DNA of 15,374 nucleotides from a virus (Duplodnaviria; Heunggongvirae; Uroviricota; Caudoviricetes): IMG/VR virus record IMGVR_UViG_2778261572_000010; one strand, 5' to 3'. Shown piece by piece: positions 1 to 8,594 of this stretch (position 1 is its first letter; each line of letters starts with the position of its first letter). The notes under the pieces were generated by a model. It saw only the letters and a program-made list of their open reading frames with translations, ran no database searches and was not told where the DNA came from. The position numbers and the translations under genes were made by a program.

Positions 1-55
1 GACTATCACTTATTTAAGTGATACTGGTTGTCTGGAGATTCAGGGGGCCAGTCTA
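1..55 (-). mobile_element. Terminal 55 nt of an IS2-like insertion sequence (left inverted-repeat end); the element body lies beyond the window start
   Basis: Positions 1-55 are the reverse complement of the IS2 left end as I recall it (TAGACTGGCCCCCTGAATCTCCAGACAACCAATATCACTTAAATAAGTGATAGTC) with one mismatch. The boundary falls at 55/56. Identification is from memory, not a search. Confidence 0.7.
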
Positions 56-179
56 TCAGTTATGACTTTCCTGAAAAATAAGGCATCGTATAAAACTGCC
101 TGCCTCATTGCTCAACATGGAGATTCTTATCTTCATATAGCCAACCTGTATTTGCGCAAAGCATATGGGAGATAAATAA

Positions 180-368
180 ATGGAAGAAAAACAACAGAAC
201 ATAACACATGAAAAAGTAAGAGTGTTGCTAATCATTGAAAATGGGAAAGTAATTTACTCAAAACATCTGTTGGATAATGAATTCGTTGGCTGCATGGATA
301 CATTTCTGTGGATGGCAGAAAGAGCGGGTTACACGATTATTCCACCAGCAAAAGAGCAAACATTATGA
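180..368 (+). CDS. Hypothetical protein (62 aa)
   Basis: ATG start with GGGAG about 9 nt upstream. Its TGA stop overlaps the ATG of the next ORF (ATGA at 365-368), suggesting translational coupling. No recognisable motifs. Confidence 0.5.
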   Translation: MEEKQQNITHEKVRVLLIIENGKVIYSKHLLDNEFVGCMDTFLWMAERAGYTIIPPAKEQTL

Positions 369-946
369 ATCATTCAGAGTTCCGACCTGTAGTTACGCCA
401 CATGGTATAAAAATTGGCAATACAACCATTGATTATGTTGAGGCCGTACAGCGACTTAATGATGGTGAATACGATTATCCAAATTCTCACGGTTTAAGAA
501 TTATGCAATGTATTGCTGAAGCCGATGATGCTGGATTACTGGGACGATTTTCAGTCGATATGAAGGTTGCTCAATGGCGATGGCTGTATGTGACAACATT
601 TATAAATGAAGAGGAAAACAAGAACGGCACTGTTGATATCCCTAACGATAATGGAACTACAGATCGCGCAGTTATTTATAAAGGGAAATATGGTTGTATG
701 GGTATCTACCCAGGACCAATTCGAATTGCCCTGCAAAACCATGTCGAACGGGGATTTATTGAAAAATATGGCGAAGCTGAAGGCATGGGGCGAGTTCTGT
801 TTCTCTATCAAAAAATGCTCATCGTAGATCCATGTAATGGCTTCATTATCTCTACTATGGGACGCGAAGGACTTGAACTCCTTCTGGATGAAATGATTCA
901 CGATCTGAATACTCATGGTATGCCAGAAGCACCAGTGACACATTAA
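365..946 (+). CDS. Hypothetical protein (193 aa)
   Basis: Long ORF in the same orientation as the whole prophage arm. ATG at 365 overlaps the upstream stop; the track's longer version starts at an internal GTG at 308 inside the upstream gene. No family recognised. Confidence 0.6.
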   Translation: MNHSEFRPVVTPHGIKIGNTTIDYVEAVQRLNDGEYDYPNSHGLRIMQCIAEADDAGLLGRFSVDMKVAQWRWLYVTTFINEEENKNGTVDIPNDNGTTDRAVIYKGKYGCMGIYPGPIRIALQNHVERGFIEKYGEAEGMGRVLFLYQKMLIVDPCNGFIISTMGREGLELLLDEMIHDLNTHGMPEAPVTH

Positions 947-1122
947 ATATTAAGAAGAAAATAATTCTTCCGTTTTTTACTAACCGTTTATATGAAAAGC
1001 AACCGTGAATTAAGCAGAGTAAAACTGCTTTTAATCCTTGCCACAGTACTGACGCTAACAGAAATCATTATTCTCTTTATTGCGCTGTCAGTCAGTTAAA
1101 AATATCGGGATGCAACAAACCA

Positions 1123-1311
1123 ATGAGATTGTATTTCAGAATAGTAATTTTACTGGCAATTATCGCATGCATTTACGGACTACTCGTCCCGTTCCTTATA
1201 TCCATGAAGGATACGGTAGCAGTCATTTCCGGCTTTGCACTGGCGTTTCTGACCCCGCCCTGCATTTATGCCATTTACAAGGGTCTTTCTTTCACTAAGG
1301 GTAAAAGATGA
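1123..1311 (+). CDS. Small hydrophobic membrane protein (62 aa, two predicted transmembrane segments)
   Basis: Hydrophobic stretches IVILLAIIACIYGLLVPFLI and VISGFALAFLTPPCIYAIY. Its stop overlaps the start of the SPFH gene (ATGA at 1308-1311). Confidence 0.5.
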   Translation: MRLYFRIVILLAIIACIYGLLVPFLISMKDTVAVISGFALAFLTPPCIYAIYKGLSFTKGKR

Positions 1312-2135
1312 AAAAAGTTATTTTTGCTTTAGCCATTGTTCTTCCGACCATTGGCCTTGTCGGTTGCGATCGCGTTGAACCAGGTAATGTTGGCATCAAG
1401 GTAAATAAACTGGGCGACGACAAAGGCGTCGGTGAAGTGGTTGGCGTTGGCCGCTACTGGACCGGCTGGAATACTGAAGTTTACATCTTCCCGACCTTCA
1501 AACAAATGAAGACCTACGATGAACCGTTCAGTTTCCAGATGAGTGACGGTACAACCATCGGCTATCACATCGGCGTGGCCTACAAAGTTGACCCATCCAA
1601 AGTTACCACGGTGTTTCAGACCTACCGCAAAGGCGTGGATGACATTACCGACACCGACCTGCGTCAAAAGATCGCCGACGCACTCAATCGACTGGCCAGC
1701 AAAATGACCACCGACAAATTTATCGACGGCGGCAAGTCTGAACTGCTGGATGCAGCTCTTAAAGACATTCAGGCAGAAATGACGCCCATCGGTATTCAGG
1801 TAATGAGCCTCTCATATGTGGGTAAGCCGGAGTACCCGCCAACCGTTATCGACAGCATTAATGCCAAAGTCACGGCGAACCAGAAAACACTGCAGCGCGA
1901 GCAGGAAGTTAAACAGCGCGAAGCGGAAGCCAACATGTTGCGCGCGGAAGCTGCCGGACAGGCTGATGCGATTCGCACAAAAGCCCAGGCTGAAGCCGAT
2001 GCTATTCGTTTACGCGGTGAAGCTCTGCGCCAGAACCCCGGTGTTATGGAGCTGGAAGCCATCAATAAATGGAACGGCACACTGCCGCAATACATGACCA
2101 GCGGCGCCAGTACACCATTTATCCAGGTTAAATAA
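1308..2135 (+). CDS. SPFH/band-7 (prohibitin-like) domain lipoprotein, 275 aa
   Basis: N-terminal signal peptide with lipobox LVGC. The central region is typical of SPFH/band-7 domains, followed by an Ala/Glu/Gln-rich coiled-coil tail (REQEVKQREAEANMLRAEAAGQADAIRTKAQAEADAIRLRGEA). High-GC coding frame. Confidence 0.85.
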   Translation: MKKVIFALAIVLPTIGLVGCDRVEPGNVGIKVNKLGDDKGVGEVVGVGRYWTGWNTEVYIFPTFKQMKTYDEPFSFQMSDGTTIGYHIGVAYKVDPSKVTTVFQTYRKGVDDITDTDLRQKIADALNRLASKMTTDKFIDGGKSELLDAALKDIQAEMTPIGIQVMSLSYVGKPEYPPTVIDSINAKVTANQKTLQREQEVKQREAEANMLRAEAAGQADAIRTKAQAEADAIRLRGEALRQNPGVMELEAINKWNGTLPQYMTSGASTPFIQVK

Positions 2136-2175
2136 CTTATATGCCCGGCGACCTGCCGGGCTAAGGGAAAAGCAG

Positions 2176-2547
2176 ATGAACACCCATAATACCCAACCGC
2201 AAATAATGAACTATGACCCGAATCTGACGTCATGCGGACGCATGGCAAAACAAACCGTTCGATTAACTTTCGGACTATGGGAATACCGCGAAACATTCGA
2301 AGTTACTGTCGGCGGCAATCTGACCGGACTGGATGTTATCAGTTGCGCTATTGAAAGCCTGTACGCAACGCTGCCTTATGAAGAAGTCGAGGATGAGCGC
2401 ACAGGGGAAACAGATATCATGGCCACCATTAATATTGGCGAACTGATATGTCAGGATGAAGACCTGTCCGGAGAACTCTGGCTTGCCGGGATGCTTATCT
2501 CAGCAGAAATTATCAGTATTGAACCCGCTACAAACATACGGCTCTGA
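2176..2547 (+). CDS. Hypothetical protein (123 aa), acidic
   Basis: ATG preceded by AAGGGA. Same strand and tight spacing with neighbouring genes. No family recognised. Confidence 0.55.
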   Translation: MNTHNTQPQIMNYDPNLTSCGRMAKQTVRLTFGLWEYRETFEVTVGGNLTGLDVISCAIESLYATLPYEEVEDERTGETDIMATINIGELICQDEDLSGELWLAGMLISAEIISIEPATNIRL

Positions 2548-2578
2548 AGTTCTCACTATTCAGAGAGCAGGAGAAAAA

Positions 2579-2821
2579 ATGTTCGCTTTGATTAATCAAG
2601 GGCAACTGTATACCGACAGTGCCGGTTACCCGATAAAAATTATTCGCTGCATAAACAACACTGTGTTGTACAGAAGAATGGATGGGCGAACACAATCTGT
2701 AAAAATAAGCGATTTTAATGAATCGTTTGAACGGATAGATCACCAGGAATACCGACAAATTCTGGCAGAAACAGAGCAGGAAGCTCATCTGAAAAAATTA
2801 CGAGCCATGAAAAGGAAATAG
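2579..2821 (+). CDS. Small prophage-type hypothetical protein (80 aa)
   Basis: Start trimmed from the track ORF (2456) to the ATG at 2579, which has an AGGAG site 7 nt upstream. Basic C-terminus; resembles small DUF-type proteins found next to xis/int in lambdoid prophages (recall only). Confidence 0.5.
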   Translation: MFALINQGQLYTDSAGYPIKIIRCINNTVLYRRMDGRTQSVKISDFNESFERIDHQEYRQILAETEQEAHLKKLRAMKRK

Positions 2822-2824
2822 AGA

Positions 2825-2971
2825 ATGAATAAAGCATTTGAGCTATGGGTACGCCAGCGTTACGGCAATCGCTATGACCTGACGCGAGACGTTGACGGCT
2901 TCTACTGTCGTGAAGTTGTGAGGCGAATGTTTGAAGTGTGGTGCCACTGCCGTGGGCTGAATGTTGTGTGA
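2825..2971 (+). CDS. Small hypothetical protein (48 aa, Cys-containing)
   Basis: Not in the ORF track (below its length cutoff). ATG at 2825 lies 3 nt after the upstream stop, with AGGA about 9 nt upstream; TGA stop at 2969-2971. Translation: MNKAFELWVRQRYGNRYDLTRDVDGFYCREVVRRMFEVWCHCRGLNVV. Confidence 0.3.
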   Translation: MNKAFELWVRQRYGNRYDLTRDVDGFYCREVVRRMFEVWCHCRGLNVV

Positions 2972-2979
2972 GGTGAACT

Positions 2980-3189
2980 GTGGGGCTGGATTGCGTACCT
3001 ATATCAACCTACTGCCGCAACGCAGGAGAAACGGTTGATGCCGTTAACAAACGGATACAAAGAGGAATATGGAAAGAAGGGGTACATGTATTAAAAGTCG
3101 ACGGAGTTAAAGAACGTTGGGTCGACTTAATGGAGGTTTCAAAGTGGGCAAGAAAGAACAAGGATCACTATCTCTCCCTAGAGGAGTAA
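2980..3189 (+). CDS. Putative excisionase (Xis-like), 69 aa
   Basis: Small basic ORF immediately upstream of, and overlapping by 46 nt, the tyrosine integrase gene on the same strand, the classic xis-int arrangement. GTG start with GAGGTG 4-5 nt upstream. Called by position and size, not by motif. Confidence 0.45.
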   Translation: MGLDCVPISTYCRNAGETVDAVNKRIQRGIWKEGVHVLKVDGVKERWVDLMEVSKWARKNKDHYLSLEE

Positions 3190-4316
3190 CTATTCGCCAG
3201 CATAAAACTGGTAGCACTCTGGTTATCACTTTTACATATAAAGGGGTTCTGTGTCGGGAGCCCCTCTCCAGAATGGAAGTAAACGCGCGCGGTGTGAAGT
3301 ACGCCGAGCGTCTGCTGGGAGAAATAAAAAATCAGATTATCGATGGTACCTTCGAATATGCAAAATACTTCCCCAACTCCCAAAAGCTGGAGTTGTTCGG
3401 AGGAGTGAAAAAAAACAAAAATATAAAATCTTACCTGGATGAATACCTGATTATCTGCCAGAACCGTAACCTGTCACCATCGACAATTAGAGGTTATGAA
3501 AAATGCCTGTCGGCGCTGTCAGCATTGCATAAATTTCATGTATCAGAACTGACACCTGCAGTACTAAAAAACTGGATCGCCAGCAGAAAAACAAAACTGA
3601 AAACTATCCGCAATAATCTTTCATTCCTGCGCAGCGCCATAGATGAAGCGGTGACCGATGGTTTGTTAACAATAAATCCTGTCACGCTAGTCAGCGCCAG
3701 CCGGTATCACGTATTGGACAACACACCAGGCAGTGATGATTACGAGGTCGATCCTTTTACACCAGCGGAGACGGCAGCAATCTATGATGCCTGCCATTAC
3801 CCGGAATGGCGAAATCTGTTTCGCTTTGCCTTTAATACAGGACTGCGCAGCTCAGAATTGTGCGCGTTGCGCTGGACGGATATAGACTTTATCGGCAACA
3901 CCGCGCATGTTCAGACTGCAAGCGTAGTCGGGGTAATCAAAAGCACCAAAACAAAAGCCGGCACCCGCAAAGTGCAACTGAACAGCGAAGCGCTGGCGGC
4001 TCTTCAGGCACAAAAGCCCTACACGGCGCTAAAGAGCGACTTCATATTCAACGATCCGAAAACTCGCGCTCCTTGGGCAAACGCAGATGCGATCCGAAAA
4101 AAAGCCTGGGTACCAACCCTTAAAAAAGCTGGTGTACGCTATCGCAATCCGTACCAGACACGCCACACGTTCGCCACTCGGCACATTAGCCAGGGCGTTA
4201 ACCTGTTCTGGCTTGCTGGTCAGATGGGGCATAAAGGACCGGAAATGCTGTTCAGACATTACGGCTCTTACCTTGCAGAATACGATGGAAAAACGGCGAT
4301 TTCTGCAACCCCGTAA
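3144..4316 (+). CDS. Phage-type tyrosine integrase (site-specific recombinase)
   Basis: C-terminal catalytic signatures of tyrosine recombinases (RHTFAT, GH, terminal RHYGSY) and an N-terminal arm-type domain. Start placed at GTG 3144, which has GGAGG 7 nt upstream; the track ORF starts at TTG 3117. The 3' end points at the ssrA-derived att repeat about 130 nt downstream. Confidence 0.9.
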   Translation: MGKKEQGSLSLPRGVTIRQHKTGSTLVITFTYKGVLCREPLSRMEVNARGVKYAERLLGEIKNQIIDGTFEYAKYFPNSQKLELFGGVKKNKNIKSYLDEYLIICQNRNLSPSTIRGYEKCLSALSALHKFHVSELTPAVLKNWIASRKTKLKTIRNNLSFLRSAIDEAVTDGLLTINPVTLVSASRYHVLDNTPGSDDYEVDPFTPAETAAIYDACHYPEWRNLFRFAFNTGLRSSELCALRWTDIDFIGNTAHVQTASVVGVIKSTKTKAGTRKVQLNSEALAALQAQKPYTALKSDFIFNDPKTRAPWANADAIRKKAWVPTLKKAGVRYRNPYQTRHTFATRHISQGVNLFWLAGQMGHKGPEMLFRHYGSYLAEYDGKTAISATP

Positions 4317-4448
4317 CGGCAAAATATTTCAAAATGTTGTACAGAATCAGGACGTTACCGGGACAACAATATGTACGTAAAATGCACATAATTCATTGTT
4401 TGAAAAAATAAATCGTTCATATTCAATAAATTGGATTAATCACGATCA

Positions 4449-4475
4449 CGGGTTCAACTCCCGCCAGCTCCACCA
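4449..4475 (+). other. 27-nt copy of the tmRNA (ssrA) 3' end (CGGGTTCAACTCCCGCCAGCTCCACCA): integration-site (att) repeat, not a functional tmRNA gene
   Basis: Exact match to the last 27 nt of E. coli ssrA including the CCA end, as recalled. Sequence upstream of 4449 does not continue into the tmRNA body. Lies between an integrase 3' end and a P4-type integrase start, as expected for an att repeat. Confidence 0.8.
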
Positions 4476-4510
4476 CTTTTTAGTTGTTTGAAGTACAATG
4501 AAGTCTACTA

Positions 4511-4543
4511 AGCCCGCACAGCACAAGCTCTGCGGGCTTTTTT
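4511..4543 (+). terminator. Rho-independent terminator-like hairpin (8-bp stem AGCCCGCA/TGCGGGCT, 12-nt loop, T-run)
   Basis: Perfect inverted repeat 4511-4518/4531-4538 followed by TTTTT at 4539-4543, 36 nt after the ssrA fragment. Confidence 0.7.
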
Positions 4544-4600
4544 ACGTCTATTGTCGTCCAGTGCGAATTGCTGAGAACTATAAGTTATGGCACCCTGAAT

Positions 4601-4637
4601 GGGACCCTCTAAGATGGGTCCAAAAACCGAGGGTCCC
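4601..4637 (+). promoter_or_regulatory. 9-bp inverted repeat GGGACCCTC(N19)GAGGGTCCC overlapping the integrase ribosome-binding site; candidate operator or recombinase-binding site
   Basis: Arms at 4601-4609 and 4629-4637, with a third GGGTCC copy at 4616-4621. The right arm contains the GAGGG site 6 nt upstream of the integrase ATG at 4640. Confidence 0.3.
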
Positions 4638-4639
4638 AA

Positions 4640-5869
4640 ATGGCAAAAATCGCTAAGAAACTCACTGACACTGAAATCAAAAGCACCAAGCCAGCCGATA
4701 AAGAAATCAACTTGTTCGACGGGGATGGTTTGATTCTACGAATCGCTCCTTTGGCGAAAGGTGGCAAGAAAAATTGGTATTTCAGGTATGCAGTACCAGT
4801 AAGCAAGAAAAGAACAAAAATGAGCCTTGGGACCTATCCTCACCTTACCCTTGCAAAAGCCAGAGCCTTACGAGATGAAAATCTCTCCTTACTGGCAAAT
4901 GGTGTTGATCCCCAAGTCCATAACAATAATAAGGCGAAGGCATTAAAGAGTGCTATTGAACACACTCTTCAAGCCGTAGCAAGGAAATGGTTGGACGAGA
5001 AGGTAAAGACCTCAGGTATCTCACAAGACCATGCAGAAGACATCTGGCGAAGCCTGGAGAGAAATATCTTTCCCACATTGGGTGATACTCCCATTAAAGA
5101 GATTCGGCCTAAAATGCTTAAACAGCATTTAGACCCCATAGAAAAACGAGGTGTCCTTGAAACACTTCGCCGCATCATATCCCGCCTGAATGAAATTTTC
5201 CGCTATGCAGCAACAGAAGAACTCATAGAATTCAATCCGGCTGACAATCTTGCCCAGAGATTTAGTAAGCCGAAGAAACAGAACATGCCAGCCCTGCCCC
5301 CAACCGAACTCCCCCGCTTCCTTACAGTGTTAAACAACGCATCAGTCCGTATGGAGACACGATTGCTGATTGAATGGCAATTGCTAACTTGGGTTCGTCC
5401 TGGTGAGGCTGTTCGCACAAGATGGTCAGATATTGATATTGAAACTGGCATGTGGAACATCCCAGCGGAGTTTATGAAAATGAAGAAGCCTCACAAAGTT
5501 CCACTGAGCAAAGAAGCTTTGCGAGTTTTGGATTTAATGAAAGCCATCAGTGGGCATAGAGAGTGGGTTTTCCCCAGTATCAAAGCTCCACTCAATCACA
5601 TGCATGAACAAACAGCTAATGCGGCCATAATCCGTATGGGTTTCGGAGGTGAGCTTGTAGCTCACGGTATGCGATCAATCGCCAGAACGGCTGCGGAGGA
5701 GTCTGGCAAATTTAGGACTGATGTCTTAGAAGCCGCCCTTGCCCACTCGAAGAAAGATGAAATAATTGCAGCCTACAATCGTGCAGAGTATCTCACAGAA
5801 CGGGTGATTCTCATGCAGTGGTGGAGTGACTTTGTTTCGTCTCAAAAATACAAAATTATTGCCGCATAA
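4640..5869 (+). CDS. P4/CP4-57-type tyrosine integrase (IntA-like), 409 aa
   Basis: Family resemblance to E. coli IntA from recall: arm-binding N-terminus (LTDTEIKSTKPADKEINLFDGDGLILRI, WYFRY), core DIWRSLERNIFP, catalytic C-terminus with HGMRSIA, LAHS, AYNRAEYLTERVILMQWWSD. Sits directly downstream of the ssrA att repeat, the ssrA-intA arrangement. Confidence 0.9.
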   Translation: MAKIAKKLTDTEIKSTKPADKEINLFDGDGLILRIAPLAKGGKKNWYFRYAVPVSKKRTKMSLGTYPHLTLAKARALRDENLSLLANGVDPQVHNNNKAKALKSAIEHTLQAVARKWLDEKVKTSGISQDHAEDIWRSLERNIFPTLGDTPIKEIRPKMLKQHLDPIEKRGVLETLRRIISRLNEIFRYAATEELIEFNPADNLAQRFSKPKKQNMPALPPTELPRFLTVLNNASVRMETRLLIEWQLLTWVRPGEAVRTRWSDIDIETGMWNIPAEFMKMKKPHKVPLSKEALRVLDLMKAISGHREWVFPSIKAPLNHMHEQTANAAIIRMGFGGELVAHGMRSIARTAAEESGKFRTDVLEAALAHSKKDEIIAAYNRAEYLTERVILMQWWSDFVSSQKYKIIAA

Positions 5870-6151
5870 CTCTTCCATGATGGGTTAACTATCTTGATTT
5901 AGTTAAAGAATTAATAATCACACTATAAACCTATGTGGACTAAGCATAGCCATTTACGAATGACTACCTTGAGGCCACATAACGAAAGCTGTAGATCATA
6001 TCAGCTAAATAATTCACATCTCTTCTCGATTATCATACACCTCGAAGATTTACCAAATTCGCTCTAATCGATGATAAAAGAGTTGAATTTGGTTAAAAAT
6101 TGATCAATTTTATTCTCTACATTGTATTGAATCATCCATGAGGTTTCGTGC

Positions 6152-7708
6152 ATGGCTAGAGAAAATGATAAAAATCATAAAGTTAGGGTCGCACAGTACT
6201 TGAGGATGTCTACCGACCATCAGCAATATTCTTTACATAATCAGTCCGAATATATCAAAGATTATGCTGAAAAGAACAATATGGAAATCGCTTATACCTA
6301 CGATGATGCAGGTAAGAGCGGAGTCAGTATCATAGGCCGGCATTCTTTGCAGCAGTTACTTAGTGATGTAGAACAAAAGAAAATAGATATACAGGCTGTA
6401 TTATTTTATGATGTGAGCCGTTTTGGTCGTTTTCAAAATAGTGATGAAGCTGCATATTATTCCTTTCTATTTGAGAGAAACGGTGTAGATCTTATATACT
6501 GTTCTGAACCTATTCCCACTAAAGATTTCCCTTTAGAGTCTTCTGTTATACTGAACATAAAAAGATCTAGTGCTGCATATCACAGCAGGAATTTATCAGA
6601 AAAGGTATTTATAGGGCAAGTAAATTTAATAAAGCTTGGTTATCATCAAGGCGGAATGGCTGGTTATGGGCTGAGACGTCTTTTAGTAGATGAAAATGGC
6701 ATAGCTAAAGAAATATTGGGCTTCCGCAAAAGAAAGAGTATTCAAACAGATAGGGTAATATTAATTCCTGGACCAAAAAATGAGATAAAAATTGTAAATA
6801 GCATCTATGATCTCTTTATAGATGATAACATGCCAGAATTCATTATTGCTGAGAGACTAAACGAACAGAATATACCTGCAGAAAATGGAACATTATGGAC
6901 TCGTGCAAAAATACATCAAATCTTAACAAATGAAAAATATATTGGAAATAACATATATAACAAAACCTCATCTAAACTAAAAAGTAGGCTTGTAAAAAAC
7001 CCAAAAAATGAATGGGTTAGATGCGACAAGGCATACAAACCCATTATTTCAAAGAAAAAATATAATAAAGCTCAAGAAATAATTCAGCTCCGATCCGTAC
7101 ATTTGACTAATGAAGAGCTTTTAGAAAAGCTAAAACAAAAATTAGAAACTAATGGAAAACTATCTGGCTTTATCATTGATGAAGATGATACAGGCCCTTC
7201 ATCTTCTGTTTACAGAACCCGATTTGGTGGTCTTTTAAGAGCATATACTTTGATTGGTTATAAGCCAGAACATGATTACAGCTATATCCAAATAAATGAA
7301 GCACTAAGATCATTTTACTCAGGCATAATTGAGGATTTTAAGGGGGGAATTATAAAAAGCAACTGCTATATAGACGAATATAAATATGCACCAATGCTTT
7401 ACATCAATGATGAGTTTTTAATTTCCGTCCTTATTACCAAATGCACACATATGAAATCGGGTAAACTTAGATGGAAAGTCCGGTTTGATAACTCACAGAA
7501 AGCAGACATAACAATTGTTATACGAATGGATTCACAAAATATTACACCACTTGATTTTTATATCATACCAAAGATTGAAAACGAATATAGTAAAATGTGC
7601 ATGACGGAAACAAACAACATTCGATTAGATCTCTATAGATTTGATAATCTGGATAAACTTCTACAAATTATTACTCGAATGAAAGTGAGGGAACTATATG
7701 CTGCCTGA
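6152..7708 (+). CDS. Large serine recombinase (resolvase/invertase-type N-terminal catalytic domain plus recombinase domain), 518 aa
   Basis: N-terminal serine-recombinase motifs: YLRMSTDHQ (catalytic Ser), DDAGKSG, and GRHSLQQLL...VLFYDVSRFGR. Long C-terminal extension typical of large serine recombinases. GAGG site 8 nt upstream of the ATG. Very AT-rich. Confidence 0.9.
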   Translation: MARENDKNHKVRVAQYLRMSTDHQQYSLHNQSEYIKDYAEKNNMEIAYTYDDAGKSGVSIIGRHSLQQLLSDVEQKKIDIQAVLFYDVSRFGRFQNSDEAAYYSFLFERNGVDLIYCSEPIPTKDFPLESSVILNIKRSSAAYHSRNLSEKVFIGQVNLIKLGYHQGGMAGYGLRRLLVDENGIAKEILGFRKRKSIQTDRVILIPGPKNEIKIVNSIYDLFIDDNMPEFIIAERLNEQNIPAENGTLWTRAKIHQILTNEKYIGNNIYNKTSSKLKSRLVKNPKNEWVRCDKAYKPIISKKKYNKAQEIIQLRSVHLTNEELLEKLKQKLETNGKLSGFIIDEDDTGPSSSVYRTRFGGLLRAYTLIGYKPEHDYSYIQINEALRSFYSGIIEDFKGGIIKSNCYIDEYKYAPMLYINDEFLISVLITKCTHMKSGKLRWKVRFDNSQKADITIVIRMDSQNITPLDFYIIPKIENEYSKMCMTETNNIRLDLYRFDNLDKLLQIITRMKVRELYAA

Positions 7709-8594
7709 ATCAAATGAATTCCCAATAATCCAAATTGAAATTGCCAAAATAAAATTTCTTAACCCGCGCACTAGAAATAAGGTAGTGCATGAAGAAATTA
7801 AGGAAAGCATAAAAAAAAGAGGATTAAGCAAGCCTATAAGCGTAAGAGCGATTGATGAAGACGACTTCAAATATGCTTTAATTTGTGGCCAAGGGAGAAT
7901 AGAGGCTCTCGTTGCATTAGGTGAGACCATTATTCCTGCAATTATAAGAGATGTATCAGAAGAAGATGCTTATGTTATGAGTTTGGTTGAAAACATTGCA
8001 AGGAGGAGACCACGTTCCAATGAGTTATTACAGATAATAAAAGATATGAAAAACAGAGGACTTTCAGACTCCGAAATAAGTGAGATTACTGGGTATTCAT
8101 CGAACTGGGTGAGCAGTATAAATATGCTTCTTGATAAGGGAGAGCATAAACTTCTCTCTGCAGTCGAACGGGGGAATTTGCCTCTGTATCTCGCAGTGCA
8201 ATTTGCAAGATGTGAAACTGAAGAAGCACAAGATATTCTTACCGAAGCATATGATAAAAAATTAATAAAAAGCCGAGACATTATAAAGATAAAACACATT
8301 CTAAATCAGCGAACAATTGGGAATAAAGGTGCAAAAGCAGCCGGGTTTTATTATCACAAACCATCAAAAAGAATGACTGCTGAGGAGTTAATTGAGCTTT
8401 ATGAAAATAGTATCGCTGAACATAAATCTGTTTATAACAACTCTAAATTTATTAAAACTAATTTGCTGATAGTAAATGAGATTTTTAACATCATAATGAT
8501 GAATAAAAGCTTTCAAAATATACTTGAACAAGAGAATCTATCAGAACTGCCATCTCAGATCCTCAATCCAATAAACAAAGAGGCATCAAAATGA
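7698..8594 (+). CDS. ParB-like N-terminal domain protein (ParB/Srx fold), 298 aa
   Basis: ParB-box-like segment KPISVRAIDEDDFKYALICGQGRIEALVALG with an Arg-rich ENIARRRPR. Overlaps the recombinase stop by 11 nt; GAGG site upstream. Confidence 0.75.
   Translation: MLPESNEFPIIQIEIAKIKFLNPRTRNKVVHEEIKESIKKRGLSKPISVRAIDEDDFKYALICGQGRIEALVALGETIIPAIIRDVSEEDAYVMSLVENIARRRPRSNELLQIIKDMKNRGLSDSEISEITGYSSNWVSSINMLLDKGEHKLLSAVERGNLPLYLAVQFARCETEEAQDILTEAYDKKLIKSRDIIKIKHILNQRTIGNKGAKAAGFYYHKPSKRMTAEELIELYENSIAEHKSVYNNSKFIKTNLLIVNEIFNIIMMNKSFQNILEQENLSELPSQILNPINKEASK

Noticed and set aside
551-943. Minus-strand ORF (130 aa) and plus-strand ORF 606..827 inside the 193-aa gene
   Set aside because: Fully nested in a longer, better-supported ORF; no independent start signals.
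953-978. Hairpin GAAGAA/TTCTTC followed by TTTTTT after the 193-aa gene
   Set aside because: Stem is only 6 bp and AT-rich; too weak to call a terminator with confidence.
2136-2160. Inverted repeat CCCGGC...GCCGGG after the SPFH gene as a terminator
   Set aside because: GC-rich stem present but no downstream T-tract; the next gene starts 40 nt later, so probably not a terminator.
1329-2296. ORFs 1329..1667 (-), 1796..2296 (-), 1816..2097 (+) and 1080..1298 (+)
   Set aside because: They overlap the SPFH lipoprotein or small membrane protein genes in other frames; the SPFH frame has clear domain signatures.
2456-2578. N-terminal extension of the 80-aa gene (track start at 2456)
   Set aside because: It overlaps the upstream gene's 3' end, and the ATG at 2579 has a good AGGAG site, so the shorter start is preferred.
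3168-4380. ORFs 3168..3383 (-), 3251..3442 (+), 3860..4123 (+), 4029..4322 (-), 4087..4380 (+)
   Set aside because: Nested within or overlapping the tyrosine integrase gene, whose frame carries the catalytic motifs.
4380-4475. Possible full-length tmRNA (ssrA) gene
   Set aside because: Only the last 27 nt match ssrA; upstream sequence is AT-rich and unrelated to the tmRNA body, so this is an att repeat.
4609-5460. Minus-strand ORFs 4609..4806, 4969..5178, 5203..5460
   Set aside because: Antisense to the IntA-like integrase, which is clearly the coding frame.
6100-6128. Candidate sigma-70 promoter (TTGATC, 17-nt spacer, TGTATT) upstream of the serine recombinase
   Set aside because: The -10 element is poor and AT-rich DNA yields many such matches by chance; not reported as a feature.
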